Origin: Nitrospiraceae bacterium
GTDB taxonomy: Bacteria; Nitrospirota; Nitrospiria; Nitrospirales; Nitrospiraceae
NCBI GenBank assembly: GCA_050246315.1
Contig: JBFWWG010000001.1
Span: forward strand, 32,001 to 96,000
Direction: 5' to 3'
Length of the DNA stretch: 64,000 nucleotides
The notes under the pieces were generated by a model. That model was given only the letters and a program-made list of their open reading frames with translations. It searched no databases and was not told the origin of the DNA. Positions 50,291 to 60,207 of the stretch are shown here, piece after piece. The translations under genes and the position numbers were made by a program. Numbering within the stretch: the stretch's first letter is position 1; each line of letters starts with the position of its first letter.

Positions 50291-50740
50291 ATGTCCTTCC
50301 TGACGCCTCCGACGGCTCCACAGTACCGTGTGACTCTGTTCTACGGACCAGACCTCGCTGCGGGAGATGGATCTCGTCTCCATTGCGTGTTCAATGTGAA
50401 GAAACGGAGCTGGAAGGCCGGCATCCAGGTGGCGGTCGAACTGTCTGCCGACCTCATCGCCGACCTCAATCGTCGACTATGCTTCGACTCCTGGCTGGAG
50501 GGCGTTTTGGGTTCGATGAACAACGACGCCCGGCGCGAGTACCGGCACCGGGCTCAAGACTTGTTGGTGGTCCACGCCTGCACCCGCAAGCTAACCGCTG
50601 CACTCAACAATGGACTCCCTCAAGAAAATGCAACGCTGAGTATCGGGCCGGTGGACGACGACCTTCCCAACGCCCTCGGCGAACTGAGCGCCGCAATCAA
50701 ACAGCAGGTCCTTGTCGAATTAGATCTCGCCGCTCAGTAG
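50291..50740 (+). CDS. Hypothetical protein
   Basis: MSFLTPPTAPQYRVTLFYGP...CVFNVKKRSWKAGIQV; fills the gap; no family recognised. Confidence 0.7.
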   Translation: MSFLTPPTAPQYRVTLFYGPDLAAGDGSRLHCVFNVKKRSWKAGIQVAVELSADLIADLNRRLCFDSWLEGVLGSMNNDARREYRHRAQDLLVVHACTRKLTAALNNGLPQENATLSIGPVDDDLPNALGELSAAIKQQVLVELDLAAQ

Positions 50741-50887
50741 TCGCTGGCAAGGCTCATCGTTCCCATTGTCCAACCGGGATTTAGATGTTTGCTTTCGAGG
50801 GCAGATTTGCTATATGTGGCCTTGATGCGTGTTCGCCTCGCGAACCGCGGCGACGAGCTTGATTATTCGCAACCAGGAGGGAACGTC

Positions 50888-51316
50888 GTGAAGGTGTTGC
50901 CGTTCGGCTGGTATGGAACCGTTGGGTTTCGTGGCTCGATGTTTCAGTCCATTGCCCTCGTCCTGATGATTCTCGCCGTGTCCCATCTTGCCTTCGTTCC
51001 GCTTGTCTCGGCTCAGTCGAAAGAGGAAGGTGGAGCGGAATCGACCGGCTCGCAGGCCGGCATGGGTGTCGCCTCCTTCTTCGTTAACCTCGTATACATG
51101 CCGACCAAGGTTGCCTACGCGATTCTCGGCGGCATCGTGGGCGGGTTTGCGTACGGGCTGACCGGAGGTGACGACAAGGTAGCCAAGAAGGTTTGGGATA
51201 CCAGCCTCCGCGGCACTTATGTGATCACGCCCGACCATTTGCGGGGAGACAAGCCTGTGCGCTTCCTCGGTGTCCCTCAGGAAGAAGAGGAAGCCGAAGC
51301 GACTCCGACCCGCTGA
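50888..51316 (+). CDS. Hypothetical membrane/exported protein
   Basis: GTG start after AGGAGG; signal-like helix and a glycine-rich hydrophobic segment. Confidence 0.72.
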   Translation: MKVLPFGWYGTVGFRGSMFQSIALVLMILAVSHLAFVPLVSAQSKEEGGAESTGSQAGMGVASFFVNLVYMPTKVAYAILGGIVGGFAYGLTGGDDKVAKKVWDTSLRGTYVITPDHLRGDKPVRFLGVPQEEEEAEATPTR

Positions 51317-51334
51317 CGAACTCCACAAACCTGG

Positions 51335-52072
51335 ATGAAGCCGGTTATCGGCGTCACACCTGATTTTAATCCCGGCGACCGGGAGGACATGGGAGGCAAG
51401 GAGCCGACCTATTTTCTCCGGGCTCGTTATGTTCGGGCGATTGAAGAGCTGGGAGGGCTCCCGGTGATCCTCCCGCTGGCTGCCTTCGAGACCGACCGGA
51501 AGCGCCTGCTCTCGGACCTTGACGGACTATTGTTGACCGGAAGCGGACCTGATCTTCCTCCTCGTCTCTACGGCGAGAGACAACGTTACCCATTTACCGT
51601 GATGAGCGAGCGTCGTTTCTCCTTCGAATCGACCCTCGCTCGGCTGGCCTGCAGGACCAAATTACCGACCTTGGGTATTTGCGGGGGGATGCAGGCCATG
51701 AACGTCGCGCTCGGTGGAAGTCTGGTGCAGGATATCCTTGCCCAGCTCCACTCCCCGTTGACCCATCGCCAGGCTTTTCCGGCGACGGAATTGTCTCATA
51801 CCGTCTCGATCACCGACGGCAGCCTGTTGCATCGCATCGTGCGGCAACGAGAGATTCGAGTCAACAGCTCACACCATCAGTCCGTCAAGCGCGTTGCACC
51901 AAGGCTCACCGCGAGCGCAACGGCCCCGGACAGCGTGATTGAAGCCATCGAGTCGTCGCGACATCCCTTCTTTCTTGGGGTTCAGTGGCACCCGGAGTTT
52001 CTGTACGATCGGTTCGAATATCATCAGCGATTGTTCCACGCCTTCTTAGCGGCAGCCAGGACACGGGCCTGA
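51335..52072 (+). CDS. Gamma-glutamyl-gamma-aminobutyrate hydrolase family (peptidase C26, PuuD-like)
   Basis: LGICGGMQ nucleophile, VNSSHHQ, GVQWHPE. Confidence 0.92.
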   Translation: MKPVIGVTPDFNPGDREDMGGKEPTYFLRARYVRAIEELGGLPVILPLAAFETDRKRLLSDLDGLLLTGSGPDLPPRLYGERQRYPFTVMSERRFSFESTLARLACRTKLPTLGICGGMQAMNVALGGSLVQDILAQLHSPLTHRQAFPATELSHTVSITDGSLLHRIVRQREIRVNSSHHQSVKRVAPRLTASATAPDSVIEAIESSRHPFFLGVQWHPEFLYDRFEYHQRLFHAFLAAARTRA

Positions 52073-52179
52073 CCGCCGGATCGGACCTGCTCTCGCCGCA
52101 AGAGACTGCTATACTTGATCAGATATCAACCATGCATGTCTGGACGGCGATCGTGCCCCTGTCCTGAGACCGATCCACC

Positions 52180-53634
52180 GTGAATCCATTCTTCAAGACC
52201 AAATCCATCGAGCAGATCCTGGCGGATGCGGACCATCCCCAATACCGGCTCAAGCGCACCCTGACGGCCTTCGACCTCACCGGACTCGGGATCGGAGCCA
52301 TCATCGGGACCGGAATCTTCGTGCTGATTGGAACCGCAATTGTGGGGGATGCCAATCGGCCTGGGTCCGGCCCCGGTATCATCCTCTCCTTTGTCCTATC
52401 CGGCATCACCTGCGCCCTGGCCGCGCTCTGTTATGCGGAATTCGCCGCCATGATTCCGGTGGCCGGCAGCGCCTACACCTACTCCTATGCCACGCTCGGT
52501 GAGTTCTTGGCTTGGCTGACCGGATGGAACCTGATCCTGGAATACGGCGTCGCCTGTGTGGCGGTCGCCATCGGCTGGTCGGGCTACTTCACCAACTTGC
52601 TGACCCTCATGGGGATCGCCTTGCCTCAATGGGCCACTCGCGCGCCGGCCGACGGCGGACTTGCCAATCTACCGGCCGCCGTCATCGTGCTGTTGGTGAC
52701 ATGGATTCTTGTCCTGGGGATCAAGAAAAGCGCACGCACGACCTGCGCGATCGTGCTCATCAAACTCGGCGTGATTCTTTTCTTTATCGCCACGGGGATC
52801 ACGTCGATCGACACGGCCAACTGGACACCCTTCGCACCGGGAGGCATTCAAGGAATCGGCGCGGCAGCGGCGCTGGTCTTTTTCGCCTACATTGGATTCG
52901 ACGCCGTTTCGACCACCGCAGAGGAGGCCCGCAATCCACAGCGAGACCTGCCGATCGGCATCCTGATGTCCCTCGGCATTTGCACCGTGCTCTATGTCAC
53001 CGTGGCGGCGATCCTGACGGGATTACTGCCCAGCTCGCAGATCGACGTCCATGCGCCGGTGGCCGAGGCCTTGCGGGTGGCGGGCTTCACATGGGGAGCG
53101 GCATTGGTCGCAGTCGGGGCGGTGGCGGGAATTACGAGCGTATTGGTCGTGATGATGCTGGGTCAGATCCGGGTCTTTTTCGCTATGTCACGGGACCGGT
53201 TGCTTGGTCCCTGGCTCTCCACAGTGCATCCGAGCTACGGCACCCCACACCATGCAACCATTCTTACGGGCCTGTGCGTCTCGACTCTCTCGGCCTTCAT
53301 CCCGATCGGCGAAGCAGCAGACATGACCAATATCGGCACGTTGTTCGCCTTCGTGCTGGTCTGCATCGGAGTCATCGTGCTTAGAAGGCTCCGCCCGGAC
53401 CATCCTCGTCCCTTCCGCGTTCCGTTCATGCCACTCATCCCCATCATGGGGACCTTAGCCTGCCTGGGTCTGATGGCTTTTCTGCCCGCCATCACCTGGG
53501 TTCGATTCGTCGTATGGACGGCGATCGGGATCGGTGTCTATATCGGGTATGGGGTCAAGCATAGCCGGCTCAACAACCAGAACCAGCCGGCAGCAGCGTC
53601 AGCTCCCATGCCAGGATCGGTCGAACAGAGTTAG
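52180..53634 (+). CDS. APC-family amino acid permease
   Basis: GAIIGTGIF, GSAYTYSY, FFAYIGFDAVST; about 12 TM helices. Confidence 0.95.
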   Translation: MNPFFKTKSIEQILADADHPQYRLKRTLTAFDLTGLGIGAIIGTGIFVLIGTAIVGDANRPGSGPGIILSFVLSGITCALAALCYAEFAAMIPVAGSAYTYSYATLGEFLAWLTGWNLILEYGVACVAVAIGWSGYFTNLLTLMGIALPQWATRAPADGGLANLPAAVIVLLVTWILVLGIKKSARTTCAIVLIKLGVILFFIATGITSIDTANWTPFAPGGIQGIGAAAALVFFAYIGFDAVSTTAEEARNPQRDLPIGILMSLGICTVLYVTVAAILTGLLPSSQIDVHAPVAEALRVAGFTWGAALVAVGAVAGITSVLVVMMLGQIRVFFAMSRDRLLGPWLSTVHPSYGTPHHATILTGLCVSTLSAFIPIGEAADMTNIGTLFAFVLVCIGVIVLRRLRPDHPRPFRVPFMPLIPIMGTLACLGLMAFLPAITWVRFVVWTAIGIGVYIGYGVKHSRLNNQNQPAAASAPMPGSVEQS

Positions 53635-54137
53635 TTTTTCGAGGAGGGGGTAGACTGGACGGCCGCACGCTCCGGCTGAGCCGGGGATGACGGAGAGGAG
53701 TCCTGGGCGATGGCGCCGTCGCTTTTCGAGTCGCCTGAGCCAGCTTGCGAAGCGGGAACAGCCTGGGTCGGAGCGGCTGTTGGAGAAGATTTTGCCGGCG
53801 CTGGTTTCGGCGCCCCTTCCCCCGTTGTCCCAGGCGTCGGTTTCGGCGCCGCTGCTGGCTTGGGCGGGGCCGGACGTTCCGGCTTAATACCCCCTTCCCA
53901 ATTGGGCCCATCGTACATATCCGGAGCCACCAGGGCTTTAGCCTTCCACTTCTCTTCAAAATCGGCTGCAGCCTTGTTGGGAGTCTCGGCTTCGCCGGCG
54001 ATGCTGTTGAACGGATAGACCTTGGGCGAGATGACGACCTTGCCCTCACTGCGCCGAAGATACAGCGCCACAGGGTTCCCTCGGTAGGGTCCCAGAATAA
54101 TATGGATCGATCCAACGTATTCCAATGGCTCCGCCAT
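53631..54137 (-). CDS. Hypothetical protein with Pro/Ala-rich tail
   Basis: MAEPLEYVGSIHIILGPYRG... globular N-terminus followed by a low-complexity tail. Confidence 0.7.
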   Translation of the reverse strand: MAEPLEYVGSIHIILGPYRGNPVALYLRRSEGKVVISPKVYPFNSIAGEAETPNKAAADFEEKWKAKALVAPDMYDGPNWEGGIKPERPAPPKPAAAPKPTPGTTGEGAPKPAPAKSSPTAAPTQAVPASQAGSGDSKSDGAIAQDSSPSSPAQPERAAVQSTPSSKN

Positions 54138-54309
54138 AGCCGTCCTGTCGAGGCAGAAGGCGGATGATGCCACAGGATGGGGGAGATGGGCAAGCACGGT
54201 TTATGGAGGAGCCGGTACGCGGTGGAGCAGCGCCCTCGCAACGATGACCGTCGTGGTCGAGTTCGGCAGCGTGACGCAGGATCACTCGTGCAGTCGATGG
54301 ATGACCACG

Positions 54310-54780
54310 CTACGATGGAACCGGTCGCTCGGGACGTTGTCGTACAAGAAAAACCCCGACCACGAGTGCCATGATCACCGCAACATTCAATCCGACATCC
54401 ATGAGGTACTGATAAAACTGCTCCGAGGTGATCGAGGGCTGATGGGACAGCTCGGCGCTGGCCGTGAGCACGCGTCTCGTACAGGCGATGACCCCCACGG
54501 CTAAGTAGGGCTCAAGGGACAGGACCTCAGTTTGCAGGAACCGGACGACCGTTCGAAACAGCTCAAGCAGAATGATCACCAAGAGGAGATCGTTCAAAAG
54601 TTTCAGACCGGCTGGCAACAGACCAATCTGCGAGCTTTTCGCAAGGAAGATGTACCAGGCATGGACAAATACGAGCATGCCGAGCAGGAGCAGACTCAAA
54701 CCGGCCGTGATGTAGCCCCATCGGTCCAGGGACTCCATCCAGTCTAGAATGCGTCGAAGTCGTGGTGAGCACTCGCCCAT
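54310..54780 (-). CDS. PsiE-family membrane protein
   Basis: LLVIILLELFRTV, LEPYLAVGVIACTRRVL; four TM helices. Confidence 0.85.
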   Translation of the reverse strand: MGECSPRLRRILDWMESLDRWGYITAGLSLLLLGMLVFVHAWYIFLAKSSQIGLLPAGLKLLNDLLLVIILLELFRTVVRFLQTEVLSLEPYLAVGVIACTRRVLTASAELSHQPSITSEQFYQYLMDVGLNVAVIMALVVGVFLVRQRPERPVPS

Positions 54781-54819
54781 GCCGTCCCTCGTTGCTGAAC
54801 AAGCGGTCGTGGTCCGAGG

Positions 54820-55203
54820 TCAGGCATGTCCGGCCGGAGAATTCGGTTCCGGCGCACTTCGCATCTGACCGAAACGGAGGTCGTTGACGGCATCGACCGT
54901 CAACATATGTCCGCAACAGTGAATCCCGGATAACCCCGCCCCTCCGTCGATAATCAACACACGGAGCCCACATGAGCCGGGAAACTGCCGGTTCTCTTCG
55001 AGCATGGCACCCGGCGGGAGATGGCCTTTCTTTCGGCCTCGCCTGTCGGCGATCTCCGTCACACGATCGTCTTCCGTCAACTCATGGCCGCAACAGACGA
55101 TCTTGGCAAACCCCTCCCCGCCGCCCATAATCTTCACCACCAGGCCGCAACTGTCGGGAAAGCGCTTGCGCTCGTCAAGGATATCCCCCTTTTTCAATGC
55201 CAT
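54820..55203 (-). CDS. Protein with two tandem desulforedoxin-like repeats
   Basis: SCGLVVKIMGGGEGFAKIVCCGHEL and SCGLRVLIIDGGAGLSGIHCCGHML. Confidence 0.7.
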   Translation of the reverse strand: MALKKGDILDERKRFPDSCGLVVKIMGGGEGFAKIVCCGHELTEDDRVTEIADRRGRKKGHLPPGAMLEENRQFPGSCGLRVLIIDGGAGLSGIHCCGHMLTVDAVNDLRFGQMRSAPEPNSPAGHA

Positions 55204-55214
55204 GGCCCCGTGCC

Positions 55215-56312
55215 TCAAACCTGAAGGCTCGCGCGTTTGGCGCGAAAGCCGAGCACGGAGTCTAACACAGCACGATGTGCCTGACAGCCAACAATCGTCT
55301 TGGCTTCCGCGATTCGGGCCGGCTCGTAGGGATGAATGAACCGCTGCTTGACCCGAGCGATACGACGAAGCGAGGCCTCCAGACGTGCCTCGCTAATCGT
55401 CCCGTCCTTGACGGCGGCGAGCACGGCTTCCATCGCCAGGATCTCCCGTTCCTGATCCTTACAAATCAGTAGGATATCCGCCCCGGCGATAAAGGCTCGA
55501 ACCGCGGCCTCTTCTATGCCGTAGTGATCCAGTACCGCGTGCATCTCCAGATCATCGGTCAAGACGAGGCCGTCAAAGTCCAGATCCTCCCGCAGAAGGG
55601 AGCGGAGGATGAGCGTGGAGAGGGTGGCCGGGTATTCGGCATCCAACGACTCATACAGGACATGGGCTGTCATGAGGCTCGCCAGCCCGTTTTCGATTGC
55701 ATGTCGAAAGGGGCGAAGCTCGACGTCCCGAAGCCGGTCGAGAGAGGCGGTAACCACCGGCAACTCCTTATGGGAATCCTTGGTCGTGTCGCCATGGCCG
55801 GGGAAATGCTTGCCGCAGGCAATCACTCCGTGGTCTTGGAGACCAGCCATGGTGGCCAGGCCGTATTCGCAGACCTCCGTCGGGGTAGCGCCGAAAGCCC
55901 GGTCTCCGATGATCGGATTCTGTGGATTGCTGTTCACATCCAACACCGGAGCCATATTCATGTTGATCCCGACCGCCCGCAATTCCCTGGCGATGGTGGC
56001 GGCGGCCGCATAGGCGATATCGGTCGAGTGGCATTGTCCCACCGCTTCCGCCGGAGGGAAAATGGTAAACCCCTTGGGCAGCCGTGACACCCGCCCGCCC
56101 TCCTGGTCGATCGCAACAAGCAATGGTTCGGTCGCGCGCTTTTGGAGGTCATTGACGAGATGCACGATTTGATCGCGCGTCTCCAGATTACGGGAGAAGA
56201 GAATGACCCCACCGGGCTGATACTCGGCCAGGACCCGTGCCCATTCCTTGGGCAGGGAGATCCCGGTGAACCCGAGCATGAAGAGTTGTCCGACTTTTTC
56301 CTTCAGTGTCAT
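55215..56312 (-). CDS. nagZ: Beta-N-acetylhexosaminidase (GH3)
   Basis: DQEGGRVSRL, KHFPGHG..DSH, TDDLEM. Confidence 0.94.
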   Translation of the reverse strand: MTLKEKVGQLFMLGFTGISLPKEWARVLAEYQPGGVILFSRNLETRDQIVHLVNDLQKRATEPLLVAIDQEGGRVSRLPKGFTIFPPAEAVGQCHSTDIAYAAAATIARELRAVGINMNMAPVLDVNSNPQNPIIGDRAFGATPTEVCEYGLATMAGLQDHGVIACGKHFPGHGDTTKDSHKELPVVTASLDRLRDVELRPFRHAIENGLASLMTAHVLYESLDAEYPATLSTLILRSLLREDLDFDGLVLTDDLEMHAVLDHYGIEEAAVRAFIAGADILLICKDQEREILAMEAVLAAVKDGTISEARLEASLRRIARVKQRFIHPYEPARIAEAKTIVGCQAHRAVLDSVLGFRAKRASLQV

Positions 56313-56348
56313 CGGTTGCGCATCACGTGTGGTAAGCGGTGGTGGCGG

Positions 56349-57866
56349 CTATCTCGCCTGATCCATGACGTATTGCAACAACAGACGCGTGCCGATGCCC
56401 GTCGGGCCCTTCGGAATGTACGCACGCTCCCGCTCACTCCAGTCAGTGCTCGCAATATCCAGATGGACCCAGGGATAGTCCGTGGCGAACTTGCTCAGGA
56501 ACAGCGCCGCGGTGATCATCCCTCCCCCCCGACCGCCGATATTCCGCATATCGGCGACGTCGCTTTTCAATTGTTCAAAATAATCATCCCACAAGGGCAT
56601 CTCCCAGACGCGCTCCCCGGATTTCTGTCCCGCCGCCTGCACACGCCGCTTGAGTCCGTCGTTGGTGCCGAACATGCCGATGGCGAACTGCCCCAGCGCC
56701 ACCACGCAGGCCCCGGTGAGGGTAGCAATGTCGATGACCGCCGACGGCTTGTAGCGGGCGGCATAGGCCAGGGCATCCGCCAGAATCAATCGGCCCTCCG
56801 CATCGGTATTCTGCACCTCGACTGTTTTTCCGGAAAGCGTTTTTACAATATCGCCGGGCTTCATGGCTCTCCCTCCCGGCATGTTTTCCGCCACGGGTAG
56901 CATCCCGACCACATGGGCGGAGAGTCGGAGTCGCGCCACCGCGCGCAGGGTGGCCAGGACCTCAGCCCCGCCGGTCATGTCCGCCTTCATCTGCTCCATA
57001 TTGTCCGCCGGCTTCAGCGAAATTCCTCCTGTGTCGAAGGTGATCGTCTTGCCGATCAGGACGATGGGACGACTCTCCTTCGGTGTCTTCGGTCCCCTAT
57101 ATTCGAGAATGATGAACTTGGGTGGTTCGTGGCTGCCCCGGGCCACGCCGAGCAAGGCCCCCATCCCCAACTCTTCCATCTCCTCCCGTTCGAGAATCTT
57201 CAGGCTCACGCCTGACTCTTTGGCAATAGCCTTCGCTTCCTCGGCAATGCGCGTCGGCGTCATTACATTGGAAGGGTGGTTACACAGGTCCCGCGTCAAG
57301 ACCGCGGCTTCCGCCGCGGCCGTTCCTCGCCGCACACCTTCCACCGCCTGTTTGAATTGGGCCTTGTCCGATGTCACGATCAGGAAACGGGCGACCTGCT
57401 TAGGAGCACCATTGTTTTCGCTCCGATATTCGGTAAACTGGTAGCTCCCAAGAATGACGCCCTCCGTCATAGCCCGTACCAAATCAACCGTTGTTGCCCC
57501 TCGAGGGACCAGGGGAGGCAACGACGCGGCAAACGCTCCCGTTTTGGCCTGACGCACCCGCTTGACCGCATAGCCGTACGCTTGTCGCAAAGCATCCAGG
57601 TGGAACTCCTTCTTCTTTCCCAATCCCACGAGGAGGAGCCGCTTCGCGGGAACCTTGCCGTGCGTGTGAAGCAACAATGTTTCGCCGAGCTTTCCTTCGA
57701 ACTCGCCGCTTTTCACGACTTCGAGGACAACCCCGCCGAGAGCCCTGTCGAACACGGCTGCTTCCGCCTTCAACACGGGTTCTCCCTCGAAGTGCGTCAC
57801 GACGACCATCTCCATGCTTTCCTGCTCAAGCCGCCCCGGCTTCACCTCAGCCTGTAACGTAATCAT
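56349..57866 (-). CDS. pepA: Leucyl aminopeptidase (M17)
   Basis: GKTITFDTGG, MKADMTG, NTDAEGRL, ATLTGA. Start is 57866, 57875 or 57896. Confidence 0.94.
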   Translation of the reverse strand: MITLQAEVKPGRLEQESMEMVVVTHFEGEPVLKAEAAVFDRALGGVVLEVVKSGEFEGKLGETLLLHTHGKVPAKRLLLVGLGKKKEFHLDALRQAYGYAVKRVRQAKTGAFAASLPPLVPRGATTVDLVRAMTEGVILGSYQFTEYRSENNGAPKQVARFLIVTSDKAQFKQAVEGVRRGTAAAEAAVLTRDLCNHPSNVMTPTRIAEEAKAIAKESGVSLKILEREEMEELGMGALLGVARGSHEPPKFIILEYRGPKTPKESRPIVLIGKTITFDTGGISLKPADNMEQMKADMTGGAEVLATLRAVARLRLSAHVVGMLPVAENMPGGRAMKPGDIVKTLSGKTVEVQNTDAEGRLILADALAYAARYKPSAVIDIATLTGACVVALGQFAIGMFGTNDGLKRRVQAAGQKSGERVWEMPLWDDYFEQLKSDVADMRNIGGRGGGMITAALFLSKFATDYPWVHLDIASTDWSERERAYIPKGPTGIGTRLLLQYVMDQAR

Positions 57867-57916
57867 CCGCAACATCCCCTTTCCCGTCTCGCTCAACCGT
57901 CACCTTGCCATGCCCG

Positions 57917-58552
57917 TTATACACCGCGCCGTTCCGGCGACCAAATGAACTTATGTAATTGCACCTGGAACCGAACCGGGAGGCGATCGGCCAGAATCCA
58001 CTCCGCCAGCGACTGGAGATCTAGCTTCCCGAACACGGGACTGAACAGGACCGTACAGCGATAGGCGAGTTCCTGTTTCGCCACGATGTCGCGGGCCCAC
58101 TCATAGTCTGCCCGGTCCTGTAGCACGAACTTGGCCTCGTCCTTGGAGGAGAGTTTGTCGAGGTTGGACCACACCATCCGATCGATCATGCCGCTTCCCG
58201 GACATTTCACATCCATGATGATATGGCTCCTCCGATCAACGGGACCGATATCGACGGCCCCGCTGGTCTCCAACAGCACTTCATACCCCGCGTCACAGAG
58301 CCGAGAGAGGAGCACGAACGCATCCGGCTGATGCAGCGGCTCTCCGCCGGTCACCTCCACCAGCGGACAGCCATAGCTGGCCACCTCGGCCACTACCTGC
58401 TCCAGGTCCATCTCCATCCCGTCGTAGAAACTGTATTTCGTGTCGCACCATGTGCAGCGCAATGCGCAGCCGGTGAGGCGGACAAAAACGCAGGATCGTC
58501 CCATAAACGTCGACTCGCCCTGGATGCTGTGAAAAATTTCCGTGACTCGCAT
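57917..58552 (-). CDS. queE: 7-carboxy-7-deazaguanine synthase
   Basis: EIFHSIQGE, CALRCTWCDT, TGGEP, QLHK. Confidence 0.92.
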   Translation of the reverse strand: MRVTEIFHSIQGESTFMGRSCVFVRLTGCALRCTWCDTKYSFYDGMEMDLEQVVAEVASYGCPLVEVTGGEPLHQPDAFVLLSRLCDAGYEVLLETSGAVDIGPVDRRSHIIMDVKCPGSGMIDRMVWSNLDKLSSKDEAKFVLQDRADYEWARDIVAKQELAYRCTVLFSPVFGKLDLQSLAEWILADRLPVRFQVQLHKFIWSPERRGV

Positions 58553-58591
58553 ATCGGCACCAACTTGTTGCCAACCGGTGATGGCCGTCCC

Positions 58592-59290
58592 TCACGAGGC
58601 CCATCGGTTCACCGGCCAGCCCCGGTGCCTCGCAATGCGGGCCATGCCTCGGATCGGATTGACCACCGTGGGGTAGCCCACCACCTCCAAAAGCTCAACG
58701 TCCCCCGGACTGTCTCCGTAGGCATAGCTGTCGCTGAGATTCACCCCGAATTCTTTGGCGTGCGCTTCGATGAGCGTGCGTTTCCCCTCTGCATAGGGCA
58801 ACGGTGGCAGCAACTGGCCTGTGTATCCGGAGAACCCTTCTTCAAGGCGCGCGGCAATCACAGTCTCCACCCGCAAGAAATCCGCCATTGGCTTAATCAA
58901 ACACTCCAGCGAACCGGTGACCAGGACCAGACGATGCCCGGCTCGTCGGTGACGATCCACCTGATCCATCGCCTTCGCCGAGAGCCTCGGAATGAGATGC
59001 GTCCGACAAAAGACCTCCGCAAGCGGCTCGATCTCCGCCGACCGCTTGCCAGCCAGATACAGCTTCTTCAGCCGGAGGGGCTGGAACGAGACCGGCGGGA
59101 CATGGCGCAACAGGCACCACAGGCTCTCGACTGCCTCCTGAATGCCCACAATACCTTGCTGCCAGAGATAGCGAAAAAATCTCACCTCGCTGGCCACGCC
59201 GGGAAGCAGGGTGTTATCAACATCGAAAAAGGCACCGACGCTGGGCACGGACCGACGGTCTGCCTGTTGAGAGCTGGTCGACCTGGACAT
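58592..59290 (-). CDS. HAD-IB family hydrolase (SerB-like)
   Basis: FFDVDNTL, VTGS, K, YGDSPGD. The longer ORF-track start overlaps the tRNA, so ATG 59290 is preferred. Confidence 0.9.
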   Translation of the reverse strand: MSRSTSSQQADRRSVPSVGAFFDVDNTLLPGVASEVRFFRYLWQQGIVGIQEAVESLWCLLRHVPPVSFQPLRLKKLYLAGKRSAEIEPLAEVFCRTHLIPRLSAKAMDQVDRHRRAGHRLVLVTGSLECLIKPMADFLRVETVIAARLEEGFSGYTGQLLPPLPYAEGKRTLIEAHAKEFGVNLSDSYAYGDSPGDVELLEVVGYPTVVNPIRGMARIARHRGWPVNRWAS

Positions 59291-59374
59291 GTGAGCCTCG
59301 AGATGGAGCACGGGACAACCAGCGAGGAGTCGATTGGATGTGTGCGCCGTGATTCTAGCCGGACGATCAGTTGA

Positions 59375-59404
59375 TTGACAAGAATTTTGGCCCACTTCTA
59401 TAAT
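59375..59404 (+). promoter_or_regulatory. Consensus sigma70 promoter of tRNA-Leu(GAG)
   Basis: Exact TTGACA-N18-TATAAT, 21 nt upstream of the tRNA. Confidence 0.85.
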
Positions 59405-59425
59405 GCCTCCCATAACTCTCCGGTT

Positions 59426-59509
59426 GCCGAAGTGGTGGAATGGCAGACACGCACGTTTGAGGGGCGTGTGGCGCAAGCCGTGCGGGTTCAAGTCCCGCCT
59501 TCGGCACCA
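59426..59509 (+). tRNA. tRNA-Leu(GAG)
   Basis: CACGT-TTGAGGG-GCGTG anticodon arm, GGTTCAAGTCC, CCA. Confidence 0.95.
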
Positions 59510-59726
59510 TCCCCATCTCCGTTCGACTCACCCAGCCGTGTCACGCGCGGCAGTCAGCATGATTCCAGCCCAATCTACCGTGCGATAGGATCGAGGCGGA
59601 CCCGGAAGCGTGGGAGGGAGAGACGATGCGGAAGAATCACGAAGCACTTGCACTCGATTACAAGATGAAGGAACCTATGGAGGCCAGAGCTGGGCATGGG
59701 GCTTCCACCGTCCGACAAGTACGACC

Positions 59727-60098
59727 ATGGCATCCGTACTGATTGTCGATGACGAAGATCAGATCAGGGCGCTCATGCGCACCGCACTGGAACGGGCCGG
59801 CTTTCAGGTGCGCGAGGCGGTGAACGGGAAGGAGGCACTCGCTCGCTACCGCGAGCAGCCCTTTGATTTGGTCATCATGGACATCCTGATGCCGGACCAG
59901 GATGGCCTCGAAAGCATCATCCAGCTTCGACGGGAATTCCCCGCCGTCAAAGTCATTGCCATCACAGGTGGAAGCGACATGATCGGGGTGCTCAACTTTC
60001 TGGAGGTCGCCCGTATGCTAGGAGCTCGACGCACGCTCCAGAAACCGTTTGACCTTGCAACACTCGTCGAGGCGGCCGAATCCGAACTGGTTCACTGA
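59727..60098 (+). CDS. Single-domain response regulator (CheY-like)
   Basis: VLIVDDE, MDILMP, ITG, KPF. Confidence 0.92.
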   Translation: MASVLIVDDEDQIRALMRTALERAGFQVREAVNGKEALARYREQPFDLVIMDILMPDQDGLESIIQLRREFPAVKVIAITGGSDMIGVLNFLEVARMLGARRTLQKPFDLATLVEAAESELVH

Positions 60099-60207
60099 CA
60101 CCTTCTGCCTCCACAACCACCTCCGCCAGTCAACACGCTTCACGGCAGCCCCTTTCCGGCACCGCCATGTCAGACCTTCCGACCTGGTCGGTTCCAGACA
60201 ATCTCAG

